This document shows, piece by piece, positions 49,950 to 62,099 of a DNA stretch of 64,000 nucleotides (positions are counted from its first letter, which is position 1; each line of letters opens with the position of its first letter). Under the pieces are notes generated by a model. It was given only the letters and a program-made list of their open reading frames with translations, had not been told where the DNA came from and did not search any database. This DNA is from Bispira polyomma. Taxonomy: Eukaryota. The stretch lies in the NCBI GenBank assembly GCA_965649765.1, contig OZ287754.1:24800001-24864000 (forward strand), read 5' to 3'. Both the position numbers and the translations under genes were made by a program.

Positions 49950-52670
49950 CTGCGTTAATGCTAATGTCTCTTGCTCTTTCAGTTGACCTTTTTAATATTC
50001 TCACGGGAAAGGGCAGTATTGGGTCTAATTGTTAAAAGTTTCTGTTATTGTTGTTCTGAGTAAAAAAATGCTTACCACCCCCTTGTACAACAGTCAAAAA
50101 CAAAACATGATGGGATATTACACATTTTGTTTATTTTATTGAATAGAAGTACTTCTCCCTCATTATCTACTATGTCAGCTATAAAGAGTATTCTAGCCTG
50201 ATGCCATTTGAGCATGCAAAGATCATTTTTACTTATATTGTTCTGATACCATAAAAGAGATAAACAAAATTCTTCAGTTGTTTTAGGTTTAACATTATTG
50301 ACATCCATTATCCAAGCATTAAGAACAGATTTCCAAAAATCATTACTAGTCCTAGATATCAATTTTGATACCATAGAGAGCCTTTGCTTGTCAAGTGTTT
50401 AGTGTTGGTAATGACTCTTTGAAATAGTTGTGTCCGGGGTGGTTGGTAAGCTTGGAGTAATCTTCTTATCCATGTAGTTTTGATGGCATGAATAAACTTT
50501 TCAAGACTGAGCATATTTAGCCCACCCTTAGCATATATCTTTTATTTTATCAGGCTTGTTCTCCCAAATATATGAGTTAAACGATTTTTTGGGTTTTGGT
50601 GATGTAGCTTAGCAGAAGTGTGGGAAGACTTCTAAATAGATGATTAAGTTTTGTTGGTATAACCAGTGTTTTTAAGACAGTGGTTTTACCAATAGGAGTG
50701 ATATGCCTGTTTGACCAGGAGCTCAAAAGCTTGTTAATTTCAACTAATACATGATCAAAAATTATCTCTACTATTTTATTGAGATTGATAATAAATTTCA
50801 ATCCCAAGAATAAATTTGGTGTCTTTCCAGTCTAACTTTCATTTATTTTTAATTTCTCATTTAAATTTTTTTCCTACCTGTCCACATTAAATTTTATTTT
50901 TCTCGAGTTTATAATAAGACCAGATAAGACCAGTGCCCTTTTTACCATTAAATCTTGTGACTTAGATCCCATCCCAGCAGTTATACTGAGTCAATGTCTT
51001 GACATTCTTGTCACACCCATAACAAATATATTAAATTTTTCTCTTCGGGATGGTGTTTTTCCCACCTGTTTCAAGACGGCAAACGTAACTCCCTTGATTA
51101 AAAAACAAGGGCTTGATAAAAACCAGCTCAAAAACTACAGACCGGTGTCAAACCTCAGCTTCGTCTCAAAAGTCATCGAGAAAGCTGTAGCTAAACAAAT
51201 TTCTGACCACCTAAATAGACAAAACATTCAGTCTGCTTATAGAAAATTTCACTCTACAGAAAGTGCCCTTTTTTCAATTAGCAATGATATCAATCTTGCA
51301 CTGGACCGCAACGACACAGTGGCCCTCACCCTTCTAGATCTCTCAGCTGCTTTCGACACTATTGATCATGTCCTGCTCTGCGACACTCTCAAGCAGTGGT
51401 TCGGTATAAATGGCAGTGTCCTTAAATGGATCAGATCCTACCTTACTCTTAGAGCACAAAGAATTAAACTAGATGATTACCTATCATCTTCCATAGAACT
51501 TCCATATGGAGTACCCCAGGGATCCGTCCTTGGTCCTCTACTTTTCACCCTTTATACACATCCTCTCAGCACTGTCATCAATAAACACAATATAAAGCAC
51601 CACATGTATGCAGACGACACTCAAGTCTATCTCTCCATCAAACCACAAAATGCATATACTAACATAGACCTACTTGCAGACTGTCTGTCTGATGTCCAGG
51701 CGTGGATGAACTACTCCAAACTAAAGCTTAACCCGGACAAAACAGAATTCATCCTCATAGGAAACAAGAAAAACAGTGAACTCCTAAAATCTTTGTTTCC
51801 CATCTCCCTGCTGGGAAAAGACATACTACCTTCCGAAAATGCTAAAAACCTGGGTGTCACTTTTGATTCAGCTTTTTCGTTTGATACGCATGTTGCCAAC
51901 ATCTGTCGCTCCTGCTATTACCACATACGTGACATCAAAAGAATCAGAAACCACTTGTCCATGGACACAGCGATAACTGTGGCAAATGCCCTTGTGAGTA
52001 GCCGCCTCGACTACTGCAATTCTCTCTTGTACGAAGCAAACAAGTCAAACATTAAAAAGCTCCAGTCCATCCAAAACTACCTATGTAGGGTCATTTTTCG
52101 CCTGGGTTGTCGCACAGATGTCACTCCTTACCTCAAAAAATTACACTGGTTGCCCATTGAATCTCGAATTTTGTTTAAGATTCACGTTACCACTTTTAAG
52201 GCTGTAGTCACTCAACAGCCACCCTACCTTGCCTCCCTTCTTTCCTTCAGTAACCGTAAGAGAGGAAACAGACTCTCTGTCACTTCGGTCAGACCAATCA
52301 GAAAGGCGGGTTTCAGAGCATTCTCCACTGCAGCTCCACGGTTATGGAACAGTCTCCCAGTCGACCTCAGATCAGTTGATACGCTTATCGGTTTTAGGAA
52401 AAAGCTTAAAACCTATCTTTTTAATCTTGCCTACCCACCTTAGCTTTCCTCGTGCACGCTCCCACTTCCTTCCTTACGACTTTGCAATTTCCACGGACTT
52501 AATGATTGGACTAATGATTCTGCTGTTGTGCTTTAGAAGATGCCTAGCATCAATAAAGCGCGTTAAAAATCCATAATAATAATAATTGTATTATATGTTT
52601 CCAAAATGTTTAGTGCAGTTTCAAGGGATGCTAAAGAACCGTCCAGAAATAAATTGCATATTGACTGATT
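49950..52670 (-). mobile_element. Decayed L1-clade LINE fragment split by the L2 insertion
   Basis: FLDGSLASLETALNILETY (52590-52650) continues as SGLIIN (~50910), ITPIGKTTVLKTL and NDFWKSVLNAW; homologous to the 37688 ORF2. Confidence 0.85.
50930..52586 (+). mobile_element. 5'-truncated L2/CR1-clade LINE with an intact RT segment (ORF 51094-52443)
   Basis: [47 protein letters not shown]; AATAAA followed by an (AAT)n tail. Confidence 0.93.
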
Positions 52671-55600
52671 TTAATCTCGAATCATTATTGAAATTGAGGT
52701 ACCATATTATAGTTCAGTGAATTGCCTGTCCATACCATTTATTATCATGCTTCCCATCATTGATGATGTCACGCGTCACATCAACCGTTTAGGCAGAGGA
52801 TACAAACTATGTCAAATCAAATTTCATGCGTGTTTAGGCATATCAAAGTGGATTCAGGGGAATATGATTTATTAGGATTAAAATTAGACAATTTCGAAAT
52901 GGAAGCGCACTATTTCAATGCAGCAGTGCAGCAGAGCCCTTCATGACGAAATGTCAGGGTCATGACGTTATCGACTGCATTGACAATGTTGTTGGATATG
53001 AACCACACTGAAAAGTACCCCAAGACTTTGGTTTTAAAATAAGTGAGAAAAACTAGTAAAGCAAGCCACAAAATTATTACAATTTTTACGGTTGTGTTCT
53101 TTTTTTTTTTGTTTTATTCTGTTAACATTCCGTAAAATATGTATTTGGATACTTAGAGTTTGAATAAATAAATAAAATAAGATTCTCATCAAACAGCATT
53201 ATAGAAATATGGTTAGAAGCAAAAACACAAGTTTAAGTTTGGGCTAAGATTTATTGTAAAGCTCAGCCTAAAGTTACACCTTGATCCTACTCAGTCACTC
53301 AACCTTTGTCGACCGTATTAATACCTTATACTATGTTTGCAACACAATATATTAAATATTAAGGTAACAGAAAAGTGATATCATATTAGTGATATTAAGT
53401 ATTTGTATGTACACTTAACTTGTGTAAGTTAAGATGTGTTAAAGAAGAAGATCAAAACCAATGTATAACAAACATAGCACTGTATGAGATTCCTAAAAAG
53501 ACCTTGATTGCAATATTCTGAATGAAATTAGCTTGTTGTCTAACAGTTGGTCTTTGAGATTTGTGTGTGGCAATAAATAACTGTAGTATAATCTAGTCAT
53601 CATCAACCAGACAATTGTTTTGTTGTGGATTGTTTATTCTACGAGACAATGTACTCAAGATCAGGGAGGTGGCTGTAGAGTATAATAAAAATAATGTCTT
53701 TTGGTCTTATGCTTGAATACAAGTTCATTCAAGCTTAAGAAAAGTCGGGGATAAAACTAACATTAATTGGTGCCAATTAAAAACATAAATGTTGAACAAT
53801 ATTGTCTGTGAGTGTAATATTATAATAAAATTTGCTTATAATAATATTAGCTGGCAAAGAAATTTAGTAAACAAGATCACTTCACCATGTATCAATGGCA
53901 CAGATCAGAGAGTCGGTAAACATATTATGTACTCTGATTATTCATATAGAGTAAAGAATCTAAAGTGGATATTGGAGTTCGATGAAAAGAATGGGATCTG
54001 GCTTTGTACTTGAATTCAACTCTAATTCTAAACCCCACAAAGGGGAGATTGAATGATCAATTCAGGGAGGTGGCTCAAAAAGAATTTCAGTAAACAAGAT
54101 CCTGTCAGCATGGTTTAATAGTACAGGTCAGAATGTCAGAGAGTCAGTATACTCCGATTATTAACAAATATTAAATTAAGAAAGGGAATTTATTTTTCCC
54201 CAAAAGAATGTCCACTATTCCTAAAGAGTGTTAAAACATCGAATACAGTTACTCGGTTACTTTGGGACATGGATAACTGGTACTTCATTTTAAAAGAGAT
54301 ATCACAAACATGGACTATAACATATATATACGTCTGAGCATAAACTGACACTGTACTTAAGCCTTGAACATTTTGTCCCAGCAAAGTTTTGTCATTATCA
54401 TGGATTCACAACACATACTCAACAAAACTTAAGTCATAACAGTTCCATTTTAAATTAATGTAAAAAAATACAACTGTGCTTAAAAATACATAGGTTTCTT
54501 TATTATTACACGATCTATATTATTAAAAATTAAAAATAATTAGAAAATACTGGTGGAATACAATAAAATCAAGTGACATATAAAATGTTTATTATGCACA
54601 TAGTTTAAATATTATATATTCTAAGAGTCCCACACAACATAAAGCCAAAGTTATTGCTCCGATAGACCATTTAGCATGTTAGAAATATGAGTTATAATTT
54701 ATTAAAAAAAAATTGGTCTTAATTCATCATGGCAGAGATGTTATAGTTAGAACAAAACAAAGGTTTAAGTTTTATGAGGCTCAGCCTAAGCTTAGACTCA
54801 ATTTCACCATTAATCTAAGGACATTTTGTAAATCCTGCCTTGACTGTACAATGCAATTTGATATCTTATATCTTAGAGTTAGACTACTATTAATTTTGTT
54901 AAATGTTATCTTATAACCTTTTGCGCTATACTGAAGTCCCTACAAATCATATATCAAATTAAACATCAATCATAGCCTGACATTTCAGTATAAACTACTG
55001 TTTTTTAGATATCTTGAAAAAATAAAGAACTAGGTGATTTTCTGTTCAATCCAAGATGACCAAGAATTACACAAAAATATTAATAAAAAAGTTTGTTATT
55101 ATATTATTGATATTAAGTATTGGTATACACTTAACTTGTATGGTTTAGAAATGCAGTTCTTTTAGTATATTATGAAACAGTTGTTGCATGTAATAACATA
55201 TATAAATGGAAATTTTCATTATGGCATATACCATAAGATTAAAGTGTAATAATCAGTTCTCTTTAAAATCAGGGACCATATTTACAAAACCTTTTGTGAA
55301 TACAGCCATGGTCTTCAAATGTGAATATATGGGCATAACTAGGTTAATAAAATACAAATTTCCACTATGTGGTATCAAATGAAAAGGGTCTGTACTTTAT
55401 TTGCTGACCCATTGTAAAATTGTAAACCTCTTAAAGTAAGCAATCTGATAGCATATAGAAAAATCAATGAATAAGTTATCTGACCAAGTATCCCAAGTCT
55501 TACTGGTTATGTAGGCATAAGGTTAATAATTATTCAGGTGCCCAATGCCCTAGCCCTGAGAACGATACTAATTACCCAAAAGACATTAAAAACACAAATT

Positions 55601-56577
55601 GGCTACATATATTTATTCTAAAATTTATTCTATTTTTTAACGATGTATAACATTGCTCATATCATATTATAATGTAGACATGACTAGAAAGGAGCAACAA
55701 GTAGTATGATTTTATTAGCATAATGTTTAATTCAGGAAATGAATAAAAGATAAATAGTGTTTTTATTACGTGATATTATGAAACTATAAATTTGAGGTCA
55801 TTAAGCCAACACTGACTATGAACGGTACTTTTCTCATCCCACATGTTCACAAACAATTTTTTTCAATAATAACCATAGAATTAGGAAAGCAGAGGGAAAT
55901 ATTACTTTTCATAACCACCCATAAAGTAAGAATTTGGACAAAAATGATATACCCCAGAGATACCGTTACCAATCTAGTAAAGCATAAAAGGCCAAAAAGC
56001 CTACAACAATGTTTAACCCCAAGAAGAATTTACAAGGGATACATACAAGGGCGGCAATGTAACGAGACAGAATCATCTTGAAAAAGCTTAAAGTTAGATA
56101 GAATGTTTCTATAAATGACATATGAATGATATGTCATTTTTACCAGCAAGCACACTTTAGTGGGCTGATGTGTTAGTTCTAAAACACATCTTTAAAACTA
56201 TTCTTGTTATACACTCAGTCCATCATAAACTGGACACTGACCAATCAGCATCCAACACACCTCTGCACAACACGACTACTATAGGGGTCTGTTAGTTCAG
56301 TCCAACATAAGATTAATTCAACCTTAAACACCATAGGTTATACCTACTTTTTATTTTCTTGTTTATTGGGTAACAACCAATTAAATTCAAACCCATCCAC
56401 CCATGACCGCTCCCCTCTACTTTCCACCATTATTAACTCGAGACTTGAACGAGCAACAACATATATTGCAAAAACGACTGGAATGTACATAGAATTTTAT
56501 TTTTGTTTGATTTTAGTTTGTTTTTACATTATACATTCAGTCTGACAATATATATACACTTTATATGAACTAAGAAG

Positions 56578-57942
56578 ATGGGGAAGACGGCGAAGAAGCC
56601 TCCTGTTACGCGGTCTACTACTACGAAGGTGAGGGGGAAGAAAACTAAGGGTGTTCCGACAGACGACGGTTCACAGGTAACTGATATCATAGCCTCAGAA
56701 GTACATGCCCAGCTCACCGCTCTAGCCTCTAGAGCTTCGGATCTTTCTTCAGATGCACTATCATCGATCATAACTACGTCCGGAGCTACTTATGTTCAGG
56801 CCACACCTCCACGTGCGCCTTTGAGTACAAGCGTTGTACCAGAAGTCGGGCTCTCTCTACCATTTAATTTCCAAACGCTTGGTAAAGATTCGGCTTATGG
56901 CGGGATCACACCACCACGTTGCCAGACTTTACACACAGATCAACAACTCCCTTCGGGTAGCGGGTCGACTTCAGACAACTCTTCACAAATGCTAGCCATT
57001 TTAAAGCGACTTGAGACTTCAAACGCCGAACTCGGCAAACGTATCGAACGGGTCGAGACTGCTCAGACTCAACAAACACTTCTCAATAGGCAGGTAGCAG
57101 ACGTCGCCGCAACTCAGCTCTTCACGGCGAATCCCAGTACTTCAGCAGTGGCTTCGGCAGGAGCGAACCCTGGCTTGGTTCACCAACTTCCGGTTCAACA
57201 CGAATTCGGCCGTGATGGAGTGGTTCCACAACTAGATACACTGAGGGCGATTCCAGCCATCCAAGCAGCTATAGCCAGACAGTTGGCTGGGTATGATGCG
57301 AATATACAGCGGGACATTTTGCAAGGTAAGCCAGTAAAACAAAAATCTGGTCGTTACAACAGTGCTGATATTTCAACAGCAGACCCCAAGTTTAGATGGC
57401 CGAATGAGGGGTGGGTCGGAGCGAATGCAAAACGTAAACCTACATTTGATGAACTTTCTTTGGCCCAATGGGCAGCAGGGCAAGTAAACAACGCTCTCTT
57501 AGTGACAGACTCGGTCGTGATGAAAGGTATGCTTCAACAGATAGTACATACACTCAGGGACGCGGCCGCTCTCCCCTGGCCGGTCGTCCGCACGGCATAC
57601 GGACACAGTATGCAAGAGGTAGAGGAAGGACGTCTCACGTGGGACAATCAAACGCAGTGGGCGCTAAATAGACTTAGCGCATCACAGACGGCATTAGTAA
57701 GCAGCAATACTAACAATGTCACTGGGGATTCGAGCAAGGGGAAACAAAGTAATGAATTCAAGACGATCTGTAAATTGTATAATAATGGGAAGTGTTCTTA
57801 TAAAGCTGACCATGCAAATTACCGTCACATTTGTTGGCATTGTTCAAAGACATTAGGCAAGGATGCTGTGCATCCAGAGTTTAAATGCTTCAAATTTCAA
57901 TCCAATTTGAACAAGAATCCAGAACTTAGTACGAATCGCTAG
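56578..57942 (+). CDS. gag-like ORF1 of element 2
   Basis: 454 aa; basic N-terminus, coiled coil, C-terminal CKLYNNGKC...H...HICWHC...HPEFKC. Confidence 0.9.
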   Translation: MGKTAKKPPVTRSTTTKVRGKKTKGVPTDDGSQVTDIIASEVHAQLTALASRASDLSSDALSSIITTSGATYVQATPPRAPLSTSVVPEVGLSLPFNFQTLGKDSAYGGITPPRCQTLHTDQQLPSGSGSTSDNSSQMLAILKRLETSNAELGKRIERVETAQTQQTLLNRQVADVAATQLFTANPSTSAVASAGANPGLVHQLPVQHEFGRDGVVPQLDTLRAIPAIQAAIARQLAGYDANIQRDILQGKPVKQKSGRYNSADISTADPKFRWPNEGWVGANAKRKPTFDELSLAQWAAGQVNNALLVTDSVVMKGMLQQIVHTLRDAAALPWPVVRTAYGHSMQEVEEGRLTWDNQTQWALNRLSASQTALVSSNTNNVTGDSSKGKQSNEFKTICKLYNNGKCSYKADHANYRHICWHCSKTLGKDAVHPEFKCFKFQSNLNKNPELSTNR

Positions 57943-60711
57943 GGACAATACCGTCAGCCAATCAGCGGAAATAGCAAGTTTAAAGGTAAGCAGAGTAATG
58001 ATATTAACCAATTTATTAACATTGAGAATAATGTTCCAAAACTCAATAAATGTAGGTATACAAAATTAAATTCTAACAATGCCAATAACGGTGATGTTCA
58101 AGGTATAAACAACTCTGAATGTTTACATTATGAGAACATTGGGAAAAATAAAAATGTCAGCATTCAGGCAACCGAGGAGTTTGAATGGGGGCATTATGAT
58201 AATTATGATATAGAATATAAAGATGTCATAGACACTGTTGAGAAGAATGGTGTAATAGATATAATTCAATGTGATCAGAATATTACAGACAATCTGAATA
58301 TGGGAAAACCAAATGGCATGAATTGTAATGATAAAAAGGTGATTATAAATGAACTTTGGCAGAATGTTGTTAGCCAACTTGACATGGTTAGTAAAGTAAA
58401 AATTTCAGTCACGAATTGGTATGCAATTTCTACATACGGGGGTGTTATGGCACCTGTAGTGCATATGTCTAGTGTAAGTAACGGCTTTTATTGTATATGT
58501 CATTCTGATACTGATAATTGTATGATCTATTCACCTACTGCCATAACCTTTACAGATAAATTGCAGATCATAGATTGTTATGAGACTGAGATTTGGTTGA
58601 ATCACAGTATAAGCAATGATGTAACACCATATAGTATGGTCATGCATTCTCACACTGATAAGCAACAGTCGGTCAATGACCATTACAATTATACTAAAGA
58701 TCTGCAATGCTGGGAGCGTTATGGCTATGATTATACTTCATACATTGAAAATATTATTGACACATTAATGTTGCAATCTGAGGTGTCAGATTATAGTTCA
58801 GATTTAGTAAATGATGATTCAATAAACTTAACTGATAGTACTACCAGGCAACAGCAGGTGAGTAATAACGACGTACCAGAAAAAGACGCATCCCTCTTCT
58901 TCGAAAATTGTGACAGTACATATATACATGAACTTAAAGAAGTTACCAGTTCTGGTGACATTGACATTAATGATCCAGATAAGAAAAAAGGCTTTCTTGC
59001 ACTTTCTAATACAAAATTTGAGTTCAATGGCCCTGATAGACAACCAGTGAACATTGATTCCATTGATGAGATGATTAGAATAGGCAAGGTAATTAGTGAC
59101 ACTCAACTTCCTAATTACAAACAAGCTAGATTTCCTATTGGTTCGGGGTTGAACCCAACTGCTTGGGAAGACATATTTCATGATTACCCTGATCAATTGA
59201 TAATACAATACATTAAGTTTGGCTTTCCTCTAAGTCTTACAAATCATAATAAGTTAAAGAACACAGAAATACACAATCATTTCTCTGCTTTACAATATAC
59301 CAAAGAAGTTGGTCAATACCTGGAGAAAGAAAAGAGTAAGGGAGCTATGTTGGGCCCAGTCAAAGCAATAAATTCCTCTCAACTTCATTGTTCTCCATTG
59401 TTAACTCGTCCCAAAGATATTGATAAAAGACGAATAATCTTGAATCTCTCATATCCTGATGGAAATTCGTTGAATGACAATGTTGATAAAATACACTTTG
59501 ACGGTGTAAAATTTAAATTAAAATTTCCTACTATTGATGACATCACACAGGCAATTATTAATACTGAAGAACCAACTCTATTCAAAATTGATATTTCGCG
59601 CGCGTTTCGTAACCTCAGAGTCGACCCAGCTGAGGCCATTAAGTTGGGCATACTCTGGAATGACAACTTGTACCTTGATCCGGCAATTCCCTTCGGCTGG
59701 GTACATGGAAGCGGGGCATTTCAGCGTTGTTCAGACACAGTCGCTTACTTTATGAGAAAATCCGGTTTTAACTTATTATGCTACATCGATGATTATATAT
59801 GTATAGTACCTAAATCCAAGGCTCAGCAGGGTTTTGAAATTCTTATAGATCTCTTGACAAAACTAGGTCTACCCATGAATAGTGAAAAACTCACTACTCC
59901 CACCTGTAACATTACATGTCTAGGTATAGACATAGACGTGCAGGAAGGTACTATTTCTATAACTAAGGAAAAAATTACTCAAATTTGGAACCTTTGTTTA
60001 GAAATATATAACAAAAAATTCATTTCCAAAAATAAATTTCAATCCCTTTTAGGCAGTTTACTTTACATACATAAATGTGTCAAACCAGCGCGTACTTTTA
60101 TAAATAGACTGTTAATGGCGTTTAGAGGTAATACAGACAAACGTATAAAGATCGATACTGCTATGAAAAACGATTTACAATGGTTTCTAACATTTCTCCC
60201 AGTTTATAATGGCATCACATATATTCAGCCTACCATCATTCAACACGCGAACGAACTGCATCTTGACGCTTGCCTTACTGGCTGCGGAGGAATCTGGGGT
60301 GAACAGATATACGCAACCCCTATTCATAACCTTTACAACAGAGATCTCAACATAGCACATTTAGAAATGTTGAATATCATTATTGCAGTAAGAATATGGG
60401 CTAATGACTGGGCCCACAGCAAACTTAATATTCATTGTGACAATATGGCTGTAGTATTGGTTGTCGGATCACAGAAAACCAGAGACGACTTTTTGGCACT
60501 CTGCTTAAGAAATTTATGGCTGATAGCAGCAACATTCGACATAACACTCACCATCGAACACATCCCTGGTAAGCAAAACGTTATAGCTGACGCTCTTTCA
60601 AGGATTTACTCAGCTCATCCACCTCCTTTGGAAATGTTAAATACACTCAATAACAAATTCCAGTGGAAACAAGTCACACTGGAACACTTTAATCTCAATT
60701 TATTTGTTTAA
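57943..60711 (+). CDS. RT-RNase H of element 2, in frame with gag after a single TAG (first ATG at 58300)
   Basis: No stop codon from 57943 to 58299. FKIDISRAFR, PFG, YIDD; RNase H HLDAC, LEMLN, HCDN, ADALSR. Confidence 0.92.
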   Translation, partial: GQYRQPISGNSKFKGKQSNDINQFINIENNVPKLNKCRYTKLNSNNANNGDVQGINNSECLHYENIGKNKNVSIQATEEFEWGHYDNYDIEYKDVIDTVEKNGVIDIIQCDQNITDNLNMGKPNGMNCNDKKVIINELWQNVVSQLDMVSKVKISVTNWYAISTYGGVMAPVVHMSSVSNGFYCICHSDTDNCMIYSPTAITFTDKLQIIDCYETEIWLNHSISNDVTPYSMVMHSHTDKQQSVNDHYNYTKDLQCWERYGYDYTSYIENIIDTLMLQSEVSDYSSDLVNDDSINLTDSTTRQQQVSNNDVPEKDASLFFENCDSTYIHELKEVTSSGDIDINDPDKKKGFLALSNTKFEFNGPDRQPVNIDSIDEMIRIGKVISDTQLPNYKQARFPIGSGLNPTAWEDIFHDYPDQLIIQYIKFGFPLSLTNHNKLKNTEIHNHFSALQYTKEVGQYLEKEKSKGAMLGPVKAINSSQLHCSPLLTRPKDIDKRRIILNLSYPDGNSLNDNVDKIHFDGVKFKLKFPTIDDITQAIINTEEPTLFKIDISRAFRNLRVDPAEAIKLGILWNDNLYLDPAIPFGWVHGSGAFQRCSDTVAYFMRKSGFNLLCYIDDYICIVPKSKAQQGFEILIDLLTKLGLPMNSEKLTTPTCNITCLGIDIDVQEGTISITKEKITQIWNLCLEIYNKKFISKNKFQSLLGSLLYIHKCVKPARTFINRLLMAFRGNTDKRIKIDTAMKNDLQWFLTFLPVYNGITYIQPTIIQHANELHLDACLTGCGGIWGEQIYATPIHNLYNRDLNIAHLEMLNIIIAVRIWANDWAHSKLNIHCDNMAVVLVVGSQKTRDDFLALCLRNLWLIAATFDITLTIEHIPGKQNVIADALSRIYSAHPPPLEMLNTLNNKFQWKQVTLEHFNLNLFV

Positions 60712-60717
60712 TTGTAG

Positions 60718-61694
60718 GTTCTACCAACATCAGCAGCAGCTTTATACCCTCTGCTTGGGCCAGGATTGATACAGCCATCAGGCCAAAGACTGCTAGCACA
60801 TATAAAGCACAATTTAATACTTTCCTGTCCTTTAATCACTTTGTGGGCATTTCCGAGGTAACAGTTCATTCAGTGTTAGTATTTCTAGAATATCTGGTTC
60901 AGGCAGGGTTATCACCTGGTGCAATAAACAACTATGTAGCAGCTATTAAATACATGACACAAAAATTCCAACTAGATACCACTCCTTTATCTCATAAGTA
61001 CATACAGCTTTTCTTGAGAAGTTTGACTCATAATTCAACTTTCAAGCCTAAACATAAAGGCATTTTCAGCATACAACAGTTAGCCAGCATATCTAAAGCA
61101 TGTGACATTTTACACGATCCACCACTATTTAGGGCCATTTTTCTGCTGGCATTTTTTGCCTTCTTAAGGCTTTCTAATATAGCATCACATTCTAGGGCTT
61201 CATTTGATCCTACAAGACAATTCCTCAGACAGGATCTATTGTTTATTCCACCTGGAGCCCATATTACATTAAAATGGGCAAAAAATCTACAGAATAGATC
61301 TGATACACACAACATACAGATTCCTCAATTGCAGAACTTGGTGTCATGTCCAGTCCTGGCTTTGAGGAAACTACTAGCTTCCAGGGATTTACCTCCTCAT
61401 GCACCTTTATTTGCATCAGCTACTCCACCTTTTTACCCAATAGTGGATTCTCACGTGAGGGCAGCCCTTCAAAAAATATTACAACACATTGGGATAGAAT
61501 ACAAATTTCATGGATTTCACACATTCAGGCGATCAGGCGCCACATACGCATTCAATAATAATGTTTCACTACAGAATATTATGTCACACGGCTTATGGAG
61601 ATCCTCAGCAGTGTGGACTTATCTACAACAAACTTCAGAAGCAGCTTCTGTAGTTCCCCTCACGTTCGCTTCCACCATTCCTTCTTTCTCTTAG
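60718..61694 (+). CDS. Tyrosine recombinase of element 2 (no initiating ATG; probable spliced exon)
   Basis: FAFLRLSN, KWAKN, HTFRRSGAT, HGLWRS, VWTY: complete catalytic set. Frame opens after ttgtag at 60717. Confidence 0.92.
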
Positions 61695-62099
61695 TTGGGC
61701 TTGGGTGTCAAAATTTTAAAGTAAACTTTTTAAAAATTTTTACTTTTATTTCATTATCTGTATTTGTATATATATATACTAACGTGTAAAATAAAATCCT
61801 CAAACAAGAGTTTTACTGTCTTGTCAAATTTACAACTTTCCATCCCCTTTAAGAATTATTTGGGAAAGAATTATAACTTATTAGCTTCACATCTTATAGA
61901 ACTGGACTGACTTATTTAGCATGTGCGTCCCCTCACATACAATCTGCCATTTTAACCCCAGCAAGACAAGGGTAAACATGTGAATAGCAAATGTGTTGAA
62001 AAAAAAATTCTTTTAAAATTTTATGAACTTGTTCAGCATTTAATATTGTTTTTAGTATATGTTTATTTTTTAATATTGTATACGCTCGTTCATAACACT

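Larger units (their letters stand above)
56260..61850 (+). mobile_element. Tyrosine-recombinase retrotransposon 2 with apparently intact ORFs; ends approximate
   Basis: gag, RT-RNase H and YR all open. 5' motif cacgactactatagggg resembles the element 1 A repeat. No A2/B2 seen in the window. Confidence 0.9.

Noticed and set aside
52700-56200. Short ORFs and weak local duplications
   Set aside because: AT-rich, with no recognisable motifs or consistent exon chain; nothing supportable by eye.
57940-57942. Alternative genetic code or pyrrolysine at TAG
   Set aside because: TAG ends other ORFs normally in this window (for example the ATPase and the L2 RT).
60718-61694. Phage integrase or bacterial contamination
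   Set aside because: The recombinase follows gag and RT-RNase H in DIRS-order arrangement, among spliceosomal introns and SINEs.
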